A DNA stretch of 64,000 nucleotides from a virus. The position numbers were made by a program, and so were the translations under genes. Positions 14,505-23,420 of the stretch are shown here, piece after piece. Where the stretch lies: positions 44,382 through 108,381 of IMG/VR virus record IMGVR_UViG_3300023440_000002; one strand, given 5' to 3'. Position 1 is the stretch's first letter; each line of letters begins with the position of its first letter. Below the pieces are notes generated by a model, which worked only from the letters and a program-made list of their open reading frames with translations, was not told the origin of the DNA and did not search any database.

Positions 14505-15965
14505 TTGAAGAAAATACTATCAAAATTGCAAATAAAACAAAAGCTTACCTCTTTAGCTGGCAAAGCCAAAGAAAAGATAGATCGCACCTCCCTCGGCAAC
14601 CCTAGTGATAACTTATACAGTGAAATCAAGAGCTTACGTAATATGCAAAGAAAAGGTGCCCGTATGGGTAAGTCGGAAGCCGCTAAGCTACTTAAAGGTT
14701 CTTTGCAGCGACGTAACCCTTTCAATCCCGAAAACGTAGACCCGGACGAAAGGTACGACGTTAAAAGTTGGACTGACAGTTACGGCGACAGAGCTGACAT
14801 TCCTCAAATGCAACCGGAAGCGAAACAGCGCGGCATGCATAAACTACACGGACTCACCCAGTCAAGGCAAAACGAATCAGGTGAAATGGAGTTCTTACTC
14901 CACAGGGGTATGAACCATGATGAGCACGAAGCTATACAAACTTACGGCACCGGGGATAGTACCAGCTCTTGGACTCCTCATGTCGGAATAGCCCAAGACT
15001 TCGCCTCGCATTATCAAGATCAATTCGACCCCCCATCTAAGGTTGTATCGGCCTGGATACCTGAATCTCAAATCCATCATATCCCAAACACCATCGGAGG
15101 AAAGAGGTACCCTGAAGGTAATATTTCTAACTCTAACCATAGCCACGAACAAGAAGTTATAGTTAAACCTCACAGATTCAATACGGTAGATTACCAGCAA
15201 CCCGACAGCGACGACACGATAAACTCAAGAATAAGTGCGAGAGGTAAAAATCTCACGAACTTTAGGTCTTACGCTAAACGCCGACTGGGAAAGAAGGAGG
15301 AACTAGAAAAGGGATCTTTGCAGCGCCGCAACCCTTTCAACCCAATAAAAGATGTTTCACCTAAAGACCGGCGAGACGTAGAAAAATGGCATAGAGGTGT
15401 AGGGGAGAGGTCGGACAGGGATTCTGCTCCAAGTAAAATTCCGGAAAACGCCACAAAGCGCGGCATGCATAAACTACATGGACTTACCCAGTCAAGGCAA
15501 AACGAATCGGGCGAACGAGAGTTCCTGCTCCATAGAGGTGCTGGCGCTCAAGAATCCGGATGGCTAAACAGCTCTAAGGTTCTTAGCGGACATTCGAGCT
15601 GGACTCCTAAGTATAAAGTGGCAGAACGATTTGCTAGTATGAACCCCCACGCAAAGGGCAATGTTTTTAGTGCGTGGATTCCTGAATCTCAAATAGCTGG
15701 AACACCTAATGCGATTGGGGAAGCTGGGTATTCTATAAAGCAAGATCACCACCTCCCCAAAGAAACCCCAGCCAAAATGATGAGGCCTGCATATTTTAGC
15801 AGCGAACAAGAAGTCATAGTTAAACCCCACAAGTTCAATATAGTAGACCATCAACACCCCGACGACCAAGAAACCTCCCTTAACTCCAGAGTAAACCTAA
15901 GAGGGTCAGGTTCGGACAGCTTCAAGGATTATGCCGAAAGGATCATCAGGAGGAGACAAAAATGA
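14505..15965 (+). CDS. tandem ADP-ribosyltransferase-like (R-S-E) protein, possible virion-delivered Alt-like effector
   Basis: two ~200-aa internal repeats, each with LLHRG, SSWT and EQEVIV. Confidence 0.65.
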   Translation: MKKILSKLQIKQKLTSLAGKAKEKIDRTSLGNPSDNLYSEIKSLRNMQRKGARMGKSEAAKLLKGSLQRRNPFNPENVDPDERYDVKSWTDSYGDRADIPQMQPEAKQRGMHKLHGLTQSRQNESGEMEFLLHRGMNHDEHEAIQTYGTGDSTSSWTPHVGIAQDFASHYQDQFDPPSKVVSAWIPESQIHHIPNTIGGKRYPEGNISNSNHSHEQEVIVKPHRFNTVDYQQPDSDDTINSRISARGKNLTNFRSYAKRRLGKKEELEKGSLQRRNPFNPIKDVSPKDRRDVEKWHRGVGERSDRDSAPSKIPENATKRGMHKLHGLTQSRQNESGEREFLLHRGAGAQESGWLNSSKVLSGHSSWTPKYKVAERFASMNPHAKGNVFSAWIPESQIAGTPNAIGEAGYSIKQDHHLPKETPAKMMRPAYFSSEQEVIVKPHKFNIVDHQHPDDQETSLNSRVNLRGSGSDSFKDYAERIIRRRQK

Positions 15966-16228
15966 CAAACAAAGATTACTCCCTTTATGGGTTGCTAGAT
16001 AAGTACTATGAAGCTAAGCGCACTTATTACCGTACCGGCAAATGCAGCATAACCGACCAGGAATACGACGCGCTAGAGGCATCTATCAAAACAATCCACG
16101 GCGAAAACACAACTATAGAGTTCGGCACCGTCGGTTATGACTCAGAAAAACACGACAAGATAAAACAGCTATTCAAACAACAAAAAGAACTATTCCGTTC
16201 TACATTTAATGGTAACAATAATGATTAA
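15962..16228 (+). CDS. stand-alone NAD+-dependent DNA ligase domain-Ia-like protein
   Basis: YY...ITDQEYDAL matches the LigA N-terminal YY...ISD.EYD.L motif; no adenylation domain follows. Confidence 0.6.
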   Translation: MTNKDYSLYGLLDKYYEAKRTYYRTGKCSITDQEYDALEASIKTIHGENTTIEFGTVGYDSEKHDKIKQLFKQQKELFRSTFNGNNND

Positions 16229-16658
16229 GCAACCCTTAATGGTCCCTACAGGGGAAAGCGAATATACCTTAGTTGAAGACTATAGTTACACCTGGGTTGC
16301 CATGGGTAACGACGGGAAAATTAAAGAGCAGGTGATGGTAGTGCCAAAATACCACAAATCTGACGGTGCTAGTGTTCCTCGGTTTTTATGGTCTATTACT
16401 GGGATTCGACCTGATGGGCTAAACAGAGCTGCGGCGTTAATTCATGATTTCATTTATGAAAATAAAGGGGTTATGCCAAAACAATCCCATTTTGTGATAA
16501 AAAAAGATCGATGGGTTGAAGCTGACCACAAATGGACAAGAAAGGAAGCCGACAGGATCTTCTGTCGGCTCTTAAGGCAGGCCGGTGTCGGCAAGGTGAA
16601 AAGGCGCATGGCCTTTATAGCAGTGAGGGTTGGGGGGTATTTTTCATGGAAGGAATAA
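16209..16658 (+). CDS. DUF1353-family protein
   Basis: VP...SDGASVPRFLW, AALIHDFIY, RKEADRIF, AVRVGG. Confidence 0.75.
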   Translation: MVTIMIKQPLMVPTGESEYTLVEDYSYTWVAMGNDGKIKEQVMVVPKYHKSDGASVPRFLWSITGIRPDGLNRAAALIHDFIYENKGVMPKQSHFVIKKDRWVEADHKWTRKEADRIFCRLLRQAGVGKVKRRMAFIAVRVGGYFSWKE

Positions 16659-16660
16659 CT

Positions 16661-16873
16661 TTATTTTGTCCAATTTTCATAGTGTCTTGTTGGGTTGTGG
16701 GGGATATCAGTTCTTCTGATTGAATCCATAGCGCGAACGATTTTGTTTGCCGGTTGAACACTGCGAATTACTCCCTCATATCTAACTGTGACTTCAGAGC
16801 CACCTTTAATGTCTTTTATTTTAATTATGTAGTTAATATTAATCCACACCCCTACTTTTATCTCTAGCATCAT
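16661..16873 (-). CDS. hypothetical protein
   Basis: ORF track, RBS GGAGG. Confidence 0.6.
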   Translation of the reverse strand: MMLEIKVGVWININYIIKIKDIKGGSEVTVRYEGVIRSVQPANKIVRAMDSIRRTDIPHNPTRHYENWTK

Positions 16874-17133
16874 AACTCTACCTCCTTAAACCCATTAAAG
16901 TTTTCGGCGTATTCATCTAAAGCTAGCTCAGCTTTGAGTTTGTCTTGCTTACTTAAACCTTCCGGAAGTCCAACTTCCAAAAAACTAAAACCCGACATAG
17001 GAAACCCTCTATTGCCGTCTGCGTCAGCCCCATAGTTTGGGTCACTCCAGTATTCAATTATAGCAGACAGCTCGTGCTCTTCGCCTTTCTCGTCTGCCCA
17101 GTCAACATAAATAACTACCGTTTCGTTTTTCAT
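16870..17133 (-). CDS. hypothetical protein
   Basis: ORF track, RBS GGAG. Confidence 0.65.
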   Translation of the reverse strand: MKNETVVIYVDWADEKGEEHELSAIIEYWSDPNYGADADGNRGFPMSGFSFLEVGLPEGLSKQDKLKAELALDEYAENFNGFKEVEL

Positions 17134-17142
17134 TTCTCCACC

Positions 17143-17811
17143 TTAATGTAAAGTTTCTTTGTTTACCTTGAAGTTGACACTAATTGCCTTAGATCCCTCA
17201 TCAATCAGCCTCATCAGAGATTCAGGTGATGTTGAAATATTAATTACATTGGAATAAGCAGTAGTGTTCTTGTTCGCTAAACAAAGGTCGCAAAAATCCG
17301 TAAGTTTCGAGGTTTGGCTTTTGTTGAGTGCCCTTATTTTGTTTTGACCTATAATTGCGACATCTACGGTTGTCGCTTTTACGAAATTGTCGATATTTAT
17401 AGGTTCGTTAGATTCTAGTTTTGCTCGCTCTACGTCAGCCATCATAACGCAAGCCCCTTTTGGGTGAATAAGCCACTGAACTCTACCTTCAGTTTTTAGG
17501 GCTACCTCATCACTTAATTTCATTTCTTCTAGCATTAGGTTGGCTGCCAAATCTTCTGATGTAGCAGACTTATTAATCAAACTAGACCATAAACCCTTCT
17601 TTCCATACCTTTCGAAAAAATCAACCTGAAGGTTGGCTCTTTGTTTTTGTTCTAGGGTTAACCCCTTAATGATTTTGGTAGCTCTTTTCAGCACATCGTT
17701 TTTTTTGATCTCTTTAGATGCATTAAGGATATTTCTTTTTTGCTCTTCTGTGCATCCTTCAAGCACCTTATCTAATTCGTCTTTATTTAAAACTATCGTC
17801 TCATCTTTCAT
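17143..17811 (-). CDS. hypothetical protein
   Basis: ORF 17143..17844, likely start MKDET. Confidence 0.65.
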   Translation of the reverse strand: MKDETIVLNKDELDKVLEGCTEEQKRNILNASKEIKKNDVLKRATKIIKGLTLEQKQRANLQVDFFERYGKKGLWSSLINKSATSEDLAANLMLEEMKLSDEVALKTEGRVQWLIHPKGACVMMADVERAKLESNEPINIDNFVKATTVDVAIIGQNKIRALNKSQTSKLTDFCDLCLANKNTTAYSNVINISTSPESLMRLIDEGSKAISVNFKVNKETLH

Positions 17812-17828
17812 GGTAAACCCTTCCCGGA

Positions 17829-18041
17829 TTATGATTTGCTGCAACAGTCGCCTGCTTGCTGGTATGTGTAGTATTTAAGTTCGCACTCTTTGCATTGATG
17901 GTTTTTTGGTTGAGCTTTTCCGTCCGAGATAGTGTATTTGTATGGCACATTGCTCATTTTAAGCATCTGCACCAGATCTTCTGCGTGCTCTCTTTCGTCG
18001 AATTGCTCGGTTCGACCTTGAAATATAACTAAATGAGGCAT
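17829..18041 (-). CDS. hypothetical protein, C-terminal Cys motif
   Basis: RBS AAGGAA; CKEC...CC. Confidence 0.6.
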   Translation of the reverse strand: MPHLVIFQGRTEQFDEREHAEDLVQMLKMSNVPYKYTISDGKAQPKNHQCKECELKYYTYQQAGDCCSKS

Positions 18042-18063
18042 CTTAATTCCTTCTTCAATTACC

Positions 18064-18091
18064 TTATCGGTTGTTTTTGGCTAAATCTTTA
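18064..18091 (-). promoter_or_regulatory. sigma-28-type promoter
   Basis: TAAAGATT-N12-ACCGATAA overlapping end of upstream CDS. Confidence 0.55.
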
Positions 18092-18540
18092 GCTTTAGTT
18101 GCGCTTTTCCAAAAAATTATAATAGCTTCTTTGTCTGCCAGTAAAAAAGAGGTGTAATGACTCCTATAAACCGACTCTAGATTCAACAGGGCTTTATCTG
18201 TTATGTTGACGTACTCCTCTTCTGGAATCGTATCAAGCATATAAGCCAACATACTTCCGGCTTTATATGTATCTATCGTCGCCCCGCTAGACCATTTGCC
18301 GGTTAAGGTAGCTCTTGAGTATAAAGCTATAAGCCGGCTAAATCTAGCCCCTTCGGTTTTTGCTTTTCTGGTTTTGTTTGTTTTAGTTTTAAGCTTATCG
18401 ACTAGTTCGTCGTAAGTGAAATTAAAGAAAATGTCCGTTACTTCACCTAATTCGGTGACCACTGGAGAATCCACAGGCGCTTCCAAGCTAAGAATATCCC
18501 CTTTTCTTAGTGTTACTTTTCTTCCTTCTGTTGCTTTCAT
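18064..18540 (-). CDS. hypothetical protein
   Basis: ORF track. Confidence 0.65.
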   Translation of the reverse strand: MKATEGRKVTLRKGDILSLEAPVDSPVVTELGEVTDIFFNFTYDELVDKLKTKTNKTRKAKTEGARFSRLIALYSRATLTGKWSSGATIDTYKAGSMLAYMLDTIPEEEYVNITDKALLNLESVYRSHYTSFLLADKEAIIIFWKSATKAKDLAKNNR

Positions 18541-18542
18541 GG

Positions 18543-18905
18543 CTAATCTCCGTAAACTGACGAACTACTGAAGAAAAAATCCCGCATCTTTTCTTTTTCG
18601 GTTGGTTCGTTTTCTGACTCTGTGAAGCCCTCTACGGCTTGGAACTGACTGGAATCAGCTCTTCTTATTAAGTCCATAAAGGTCGAATAAGTTACTTCTG
18701 GTTTGGGGCATGTCGAAAAATAATCATCGATGTTTCGACTTATTATGTCGAAACCTTCATCGGCCGCATTGACTTCTAGCCAAGCCCCCAAAGAAGGAGC
18801 TATCACTCTAACGTGATCTAAATCTTTCGTTAGTTCTTTAATTTGACCTATTCTTTCTGGCGCTGACAAAACAGACAGCCAAACCTTGCATTCTTTCATT
18901 TTCAT
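18543..18905 (-). CDS. hypothetical protein
   Basis: ORF track; C-terminus identical to 19390..19773. Confidence 0.65.
   Translation of the reverse strand: MKMKECKVWLSVLSAPERIGQIKELTKDLDHVRVIAPSLGAWLEVNAADEGFDIISRNIDDYFSTCPKPEVTYSTFMDLIRRADSSQFQAVEGFTESENEPTEKEKMRDFFFSSSSVYGD
18544..18603. repeat. 60-bp direct repeat, copy 1 (copy 2 at 19391-19450)
   Basis: exact match, encodes TEKEKMRDFFFSSSSVYGD. Confidence 0.9.
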
Positions 18906-19099
18906 TGTCCGTTTACCATCCCAATCACAATCATAGCTAAAAGGTTCATCTCAATCAAAACAAAAACAATAATCAGAGTAGCTCCGATATCTTCCAGTAG
19001 CTTTACCATTTTAGGGTTATCTTCCTTTCGAGCTTTAACCCAAAGACGAGATAACATATAGAGACATATTACGATGATAATAAAAACTATAAACATCAC
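18902..19099 (-). CDS. small membrane protein
   Basis: two hydrophobic segments; RBS AAGGAG. Confidence 0.6.
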   Translation of the reverse strand: MMFIVFIIIVICLYMLSRLWVKARKEDNPKMVKLLEDIGATLIIVFVLIEMNLLAMIVIGMVNGQ

Positions 19100-19115
19100 T
19101 AACTCCTTATTGTTC

Positions 19116-19143
19116 TTATCGGGTGTTCGGTGAGAAAACTTTA
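19116..19143 (-). promoter_or_regulatory. sigma-28-type promoter
   Basis: TAAAGTTT-N12-CCCGATAA, intergenic. Confidence 0.7.
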
Positions 19144-19153
19144 GCTAAAAACT

Positions 19154-19387
19154 TCAAGATTGTTCTTTTATCCATTTAGCTAGGTTTTCATAGGCGAACT
19201 GTAACGCTTTTTTGTGTGATCTTGCCACGCCTTCAATATGATGAACCCTACCGAAAGGGGTTTCTACGCATGCTGTTACGTATCCTTTTTCTGGTACATC
19301 TTGAATAAACCAGGTGACGGTATCAAATGCGTCACCGTCTCGATCTTTAATTGATTCTAAATCTTCTGATAGTGTTGTTGTTCTCAT
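19154..19387 (-). CDS. hypothetical protein
   Basis: ORF track. Confidence 0.6.
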   Translation of the reverse strand: MRTTTLSEDLESIKDRDGDAFDTVTWFIQDVPEKGYVTACVETPFGRVHHIEGVARSHKKALQFAYENLAKWIKEQS

Positions 19388-19389
19388 GG

Positions 19390-19773
19390 TTAATCTCCGT
19401 AAACTGACGAACTACTGAAGAAAAAATCCCGCATCTTTTCTTTTTCGGTTCGCTCTTCTTTTTTTGGCATTCTAGGCGTAATAGGCGTGGTGGGTTCATA
19501 TGTGACAGTTCTGGCTTCGGCAATCTCCTTCGTTAGCCCTCCCTTATCTACCACCATATAACCTGAAATGTCAATATTTGACGAATTAATAAACTCGGCA
19601 ACAATATGACCATTATCAGTGTTTTCAAAAATAATAGCATCATTTGGACTATCTGGGGTGTTTAGGTTTGTTTTAGTTGAAATGCCGAAATCCCGAGACA
19701 ACCATATAGATAAATGACGAGACACCCCACACCCTGAAATAAAATACATGATCAGGTTACTCTCCAGTCTCAT
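19390..19773 (-). CDS. hypothetical protein
   Basis: ORF track, RBS GAGG. Confidence 0.6.
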   Translation of the reverse strand: MRLESNLIMYFISGCGVSRHLSIWLSRDFGISTKTNLNTPDSPNDAIIFENTDNGHIVAEFINSSNIDISGYMVVDKGGLTKEIAEARTVTYEPTTPITPRMPKKEERTEKEKMRDFFFSSSSVYGD

Positions 19774-19924
19774 CCGCCACCTCTTTATTTTTCATTTTTA
19801 AGGCCAGAGATTCTAAGGCGTACCTTATGGATGTGTTTTTATTTATTGAGATGCCTTCACCTTCTAGGTTTGTGAATTCCGGAAAAGATATGGTAGTCAA
19901 ATAGCATCCTCTTTTTTTATCCAT
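19757..19924 (-). CDS. small hypothetical protein (55 aa)
   Basis: MDKKRGCYLTTISFPEFTNLEGEG..., fills gap between neighbours. Confidence 0.45.
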   Translation of the reverse strand: MDKKRGCYLTTISFPEFTNLEGEGISINKNTSIRYALESLALKMKNKEVADETGE

Positions 19925-19925
19925 C

Positions 19926-20786
19926 TTAATCATAGCTTTTAATTCCTATTTCATTCCCGGATCTAAACTCTAGGGCTTTATATAGCTCCACAACTTCCGG
20001 GGTTTTTAAGCAAAGTTCGCTAACTTTAAGTTGATCAATACTCAACCCTAGGTTTATGTGGGTTTTAATATCAACCAAAGATTTAGATAAATACGCATTA
20101 TCTTTACCTTTAATTAGGTTCGCAGGTAACGCATTACCTTTAATGTTGGTGATGTTTTGGTAAACTCCATCCAATGTTCCGAACTCATTCAGCAAAGCAG
20201 AAGCTTTTTTTGCCCCCACTCCTTTCACTCCTGGCACATTATCGGCAGCATCACCCATTAAAGATAAATAATCGATCATTTGATTGGCTTCGATACCCAA
20301 CTTGAGATTAACCCCTTCAGCTCCAACGAAAGGCTTATCTGTCCACCCTAATGATACGTTAGGGTGGTCGAGGAGCTGCATGAAGTCCTTATCTGAGGAT
20401 AGAATACCAACCTCTGCGTCGTCTTGAAAGAACCTTACAGCCGACCCTATGACGTCATCAGCCTCAAACCCCTTGCATTCAATCAAATGAATACCCATAC
20501 GCTTGAACATATCGTAATAGTCTGGAATCTGCTCTAGGAATTCTGGATCTTTCGGCTTCCGTCCCGCCTTATATTCCGGATACATATCGTGTCTGAAGGT
20601 AGGGCCTGGGGCGTCGGTTACCGCCAAGAAATGGGTGGGTTTTATTAGCTGGAAAACATCCACCATGAAGTTTCTAGCTCCGAAAACCATACCGGTATGT
20701 CTACCTTTGGAGTTCATTAGTTCTTTATGAACCCAATAGCATTTATGTGCCAGGTTCATTACGTCCAATATTAACAACTTAGTCAT
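19926..20786 (-). CDS. 5'-3' exonuclease / flap endonuclease (Pol I N-terminal, T4 RNase H-like)
   Basis: LILD, FRH..YPEYKAGR, EADDVIG, SSDKDFMQL, GDAADNVPGVKGVGAKKA (H3TH). Confidence 0.92.
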   Translation of the reverse strand: MTKLLILDVMNLAHKCYWVHKELMNSKGRHTGMVFGARNFMVDVFQLIKPTHFLAVTDAPGPTFRHDMYPEYKAGRKPKDPEFLEQIPDYYDMFKRMGIHLIECKGFEADDVIGSAVRFFQDDAEVGILSSDKDFMQLLDHPNVSLGWTDKPFVGAEGVNLKLGIEANQMIDYLSLMGDAADNVPGVKGVGAKKASALLNEFGTLDGVYQNITNIKGNALPANLIKGKDNAYLSKSLVDIKTHINLGLSIDQLKVSELCLKTPEVVELYKALEFRSGNEIGIKSYD

Positions 20787-20855
20787 TAAAGTGAAACCCC
20801 AAAAAAAGAATTACAATTGAAATCACTATAACGGCAATCCCCAACTCTGAATAAC

Positions 20856-21131
20856 TCATGTTTCCATCCGGTACATATAGGATTGATTACTGAACCCGCC
20901 TTCGCGTTTACATATCACTGTATGTCCGCCATATTTTTCCTTACGTAAATCCCTAAGTCTGGCTGAAACCGAAGCATCTGAACCGCCGCAAGAGTTTTTA
21001 ATCTCCGACAGTTCATGCCACTCACCGTCACTCATAGCATCACGAACCCGATCTAGCAGTGTTCCTCCGACTTGAGCGATTACTGGACTTGGAACCCCGA
21101 GACCGAAAATACCTTTGATTGCATTAAACAT
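20856..21131 (-). CDS. small winged-HTH-like protein
   Basis: DGEWHELSEI...SDASVSARLRDLRK. Confidence 0.55.
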   Translation of the reverse strand: MFNAIKGIFGLGVPSPVIAQVGGTLLDRVRDAMSDGEWHELSEIKNSCGGSDASVSARLRDLRKEKYGGHTVICKREGGFSNQSYMYRMET

Positions 21132-21141
21132 AACTAACCCT

Positions 21142-21498
21142 TTAATATGACTTGAAAACCGCATAACCCAATGAAACTAAAGCGTCATTGATATTGGTTT
21201 CGTTAATGAAAAGTTCGGCTATATACCTGCCGTACTTACCTTTTTTGATTTTAGTCGTCCGAATGGAAATGTCGGCAGCTGGATTAGAATAAACCTGAGA
21301 CTTAAGCCAAACTTTAGCTTCCAGCCCCTTAGCTTTCATCTTCGGAGTTGTCCCTCTACCTAAACGGGTTTCGTAGGCGTCAATTCTAGCTAGGCGGATA
21401 TCTAACCCCTTAAAGGTTATTCCGAACCCTAAATCGACATCCACAATAATACTGTCACCGTCTTTAACCCTTACGACTTTTACTTTATATTCAAACAC
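21142..21498 (-). CDS. thermonuclease (SNase-like) nuclease
   Basis: RVKDGDSI.VD.DLGF, IRLARIDAYE, GKYGRYIA; GTG start. Confidence 0.85.
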   Translation of the reverse strand: MFEYKVKVVRVKDGDSIIVDVDLGFGITFKGLDIRLARIDAYETRLGRGTTPKMKAKGLEAKVWLKSQVYSNPAADISIRTTKIKKGKYGRYIAELFINETNINDALVSLGYAVFKSY

Positions 21499-21499
21499 A

Positions 21500-21889
21500 T
21501 TACACCTGCCACAAAGCAATATCTTCTGGTACGTTAGCTTCAACCCAGTCGATCATGATAGTTCGAGCTTCTTTAATACTTATGCTTCTGTTTTTAATGT
21601 CGATACTTTCCCACACATATGAGATGGCCGTAATCCAGTTTTCAGGTAGAGCTTCGTCCCATGCTGTAGGAGAAGGTTTACCTTTAATTTGGTGAATAAT
21701 ATCATCCTCGACTCGAAGTTTAGTTTTCGAAGAAAACGACCTGAATGTTGAACCGACAGCGCAAACTTTACATTTATATTCCGATATAGGTAACCGGCTA
21801 TCTTCATACATACTAACTTTAACCCAAGTCCCAAAACCTAAAGGTTCTGTTGCTAATGCTTCAACTAAGTCTTCTTTGTAAATGTTCAT
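21500..21889 (-). CDS. hypothetical protein
   Basis: ORF track. Confidence 0.6.
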   Translation of the reverse strand: MNIYKEDLVEALATEPLGFGTWVKVSMYEDSRLPISEYKCKVCAVGSTFRSFSSKTKLRVEDDIIHQIKGKPSPTAWDEALPENWITAISYVWESIDIKNRSISIKEARTIMIDWVEANVPEDIALWQV

Positions 21890-21894
21890 TTAAG

Positions 21895-22218
21895 TTACTC
21901 TCCAGTGGTGTAATATTTTCCATTTAACGTTTCTAAACTTTCTGCATTGCAAATATAAGATATTTCTTTTCGCCAACTTAAGGGTAGATTTGACAGGTCG
22001 CCGGACTCATCAAAAGACCAAGCTTTTTGACACTCACCCCTAAACCTAGCTAAGAATACCTCTTTTTCTTTGTAAGGTAAAGCTGTTTTTGTCGAAAAAG
22101 ATATACTTTTATGATGCAGCTTACTTTGCGACTCTATCAGGTAATTTAACGTTCCGTCATCTTCTTTACCTGCTATAGATATCGACACGTAAACCATAAA
22201 TACCATTTTAACCCACAT
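21895..22218 (-). CDS. hypothetical protein
   Basis: ORF track. Confidence 0.55.
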   Translation of the reverse strand: MWVKMVFMVYVSISIAGKEDDGTLNYLIESQSKLHHKSISFSTKTALPYKEKEVFLARFRGECQKAWSFDESGDLSNLPLSWRKEISYICNAESLETLNGKYYTTGE

Positions 22219-22226
22219 AACAACCC

Positions 22227-22415
22227 CTATTCTGGATCTCTAGGTATACCAACAGGGCGTTTAACGACCTTACTTCCTAGATATCTATCCCAATTTCTAT
22301 TTCTTTCTTCGTCGTAGCTTTTCCTTAGTTTGCGTAGCTCGTCGCTGAGATTATTAATCGCAGCAAAGATAAGAACTAAAGAAAAGAACACAAAACTTAA
22401 ACCAATACTAACCAT
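22227..22415 (-). CDS. small membrane-anchored protein
   Basis: N-terminal TM; paralog at 23421-23612. Confidence 0.6.
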   Translation of the reverse strand: MVSIGLSFVFFSLVLIFAAINNLSDELRKLRKSYDEERNRNWDRYLGSKVVKRPVGIPRDPE

Positions 22416-22417
22416 AT

Positions 22418-22750
22418 CTATTCCTTTATAAATGATATTACCGTAACCTTATCCGAATTCGATATTTCTTTTTTGTTGTAGTATAAACGAAGAAAAGCTC
22501 GCAATGCCTCCTTAGTTAACCCTTCGTTATCCAACACAAAATCCTCGGATAAGGAGCCAAAGCAAAGGTGCTGTATAGAGGTGACCCTCACTTTAATGTC
22601 TGGGGTTCCATCTACCAATGTAGATATTATTGTAGTCTCACCTAAGGTTACCTTCTTTAATCCTAAACGCACCGTCGATTTTTTCAACCCGCACTCAACT
22701 AAGGTCATCCAAACTTCGTCCAGCATTAAAACCTGTTTATTATCTTTCAC
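22418..22750 (-). CDS. ASCH-domain protein
   Basis: GLKKSTVR motif, C-terminal VTVISF. Confidence 0.6.
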   Translation of the reverse strand: MKDNKQVLMLDEVWMTLVECGLKKSTVRLGLKKVTLGETTIISTLVDGTPDIKVRVTSIQHLCFGSLSEDFVLDNEGLTKEALRAFLRLYYNKKEISNSDKVTVISFIKE

Positions 22751-22923
22751 AGTTCCGCCTCATCAGTAATAAGTAATAATACACCAATAGACGCGAAAGC
22801 ATAGAAAGGGTAAATAAACCGCAGAGCACCCTCATGCATATCAAAATACAAAAACATTAACACATCACCCAAAACTACACCAAAAAAAATAAGAACATTG
22901 ACAAAAAATGAGGTTTTTAGCAT
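22747..22923 (-). CDS. small membrane protein (58 aa)
   Basis: MLKTSFFVNVLIFFGVVLG..., RBS GGGAG, GTGA coupling. Confidence 0.5.
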   Translation of the reverse strand: MLKTSFFVNVLIFFGVVLGDVLMFLYFDMHEGALRFIYPFYAFASIGVLLLITDEAEL

Positions 22924-22954
22924 ATCAACTCCCTTAATGTTAAACCTGTTACTC

Positions 22955-22981
22955 TTATCGGTTGTTTAATATAAAACTTTA
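22955..22981 (-). promoter_or_regulatory. sigma-28-type promoter
   Basis: TAAAGTTT-N11-ACCGATAA, intergenic. Confidence 0.8.
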
Positions 22982-22983
22982 GG

Positions 22984-23346
22984 TTAAACTTCTAGTGCTG
23001 CTGGTGATGTCATCAGTTTGTTATTCTTATATTCAACCCACTTAGCAAATAACACAGGCTCTTTGGTGTCCATCCGGATGAATGAATCACCTTCGTAGGG
23101 GTTATATCTTATTTCAACCGTGGCGTCAGTAGCTGGATGTTTATCGTCTGTTGTGTACACCGCACAAGCTACGTAAGCGTGCACGTTTTTGCGTTTTTCT
23201 TTTAAAACTCTTTCCCTGCCCTTTTGAGACACCTTGAATTCTACCGAAAAAGCTATTAAAGAGTTTGGACGTTCAATAACTAAACCCTTAAACTTAACCG
23301 ACGCACATTTTTTATGTAGGTTTCTGTAGACGTAATATTTAGCCAT
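22984..23346 (-). CDS. conserved-type phage hypothetical protein
   Basis: VYRNLH...VSQKGRERVLKEKRKNVHA...YNPY pattern recalled from many phages. Confidence 0.65.
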   Translation of the reverse strand: MAKYYVYRNLHKKCASVKFKGLVIERPNSLIAFSVEFKVSQKGRERVLKEKRKNVHAYVACAVYTTDDKHPATDATVEIRYNPYEGDSFIRMDTKEPVLFAKWVEYKNNKLMTSPAALEV

Positions 23347-23420
23347 AACTTTACCCTATGAAAACCAATATCATTAATAATACCCAAATTACGGCCATTG
23401 CTAAAACAGTATAATTCACT

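Noticed and set aside
22747-22770. Second hammerhead-like CTGATGA...GAAA on minus strand
   Set aside because: No proper stem II closing pair or stems I/III. The sequence is the coding end of a small ORF plus the next RBS and GTG start.
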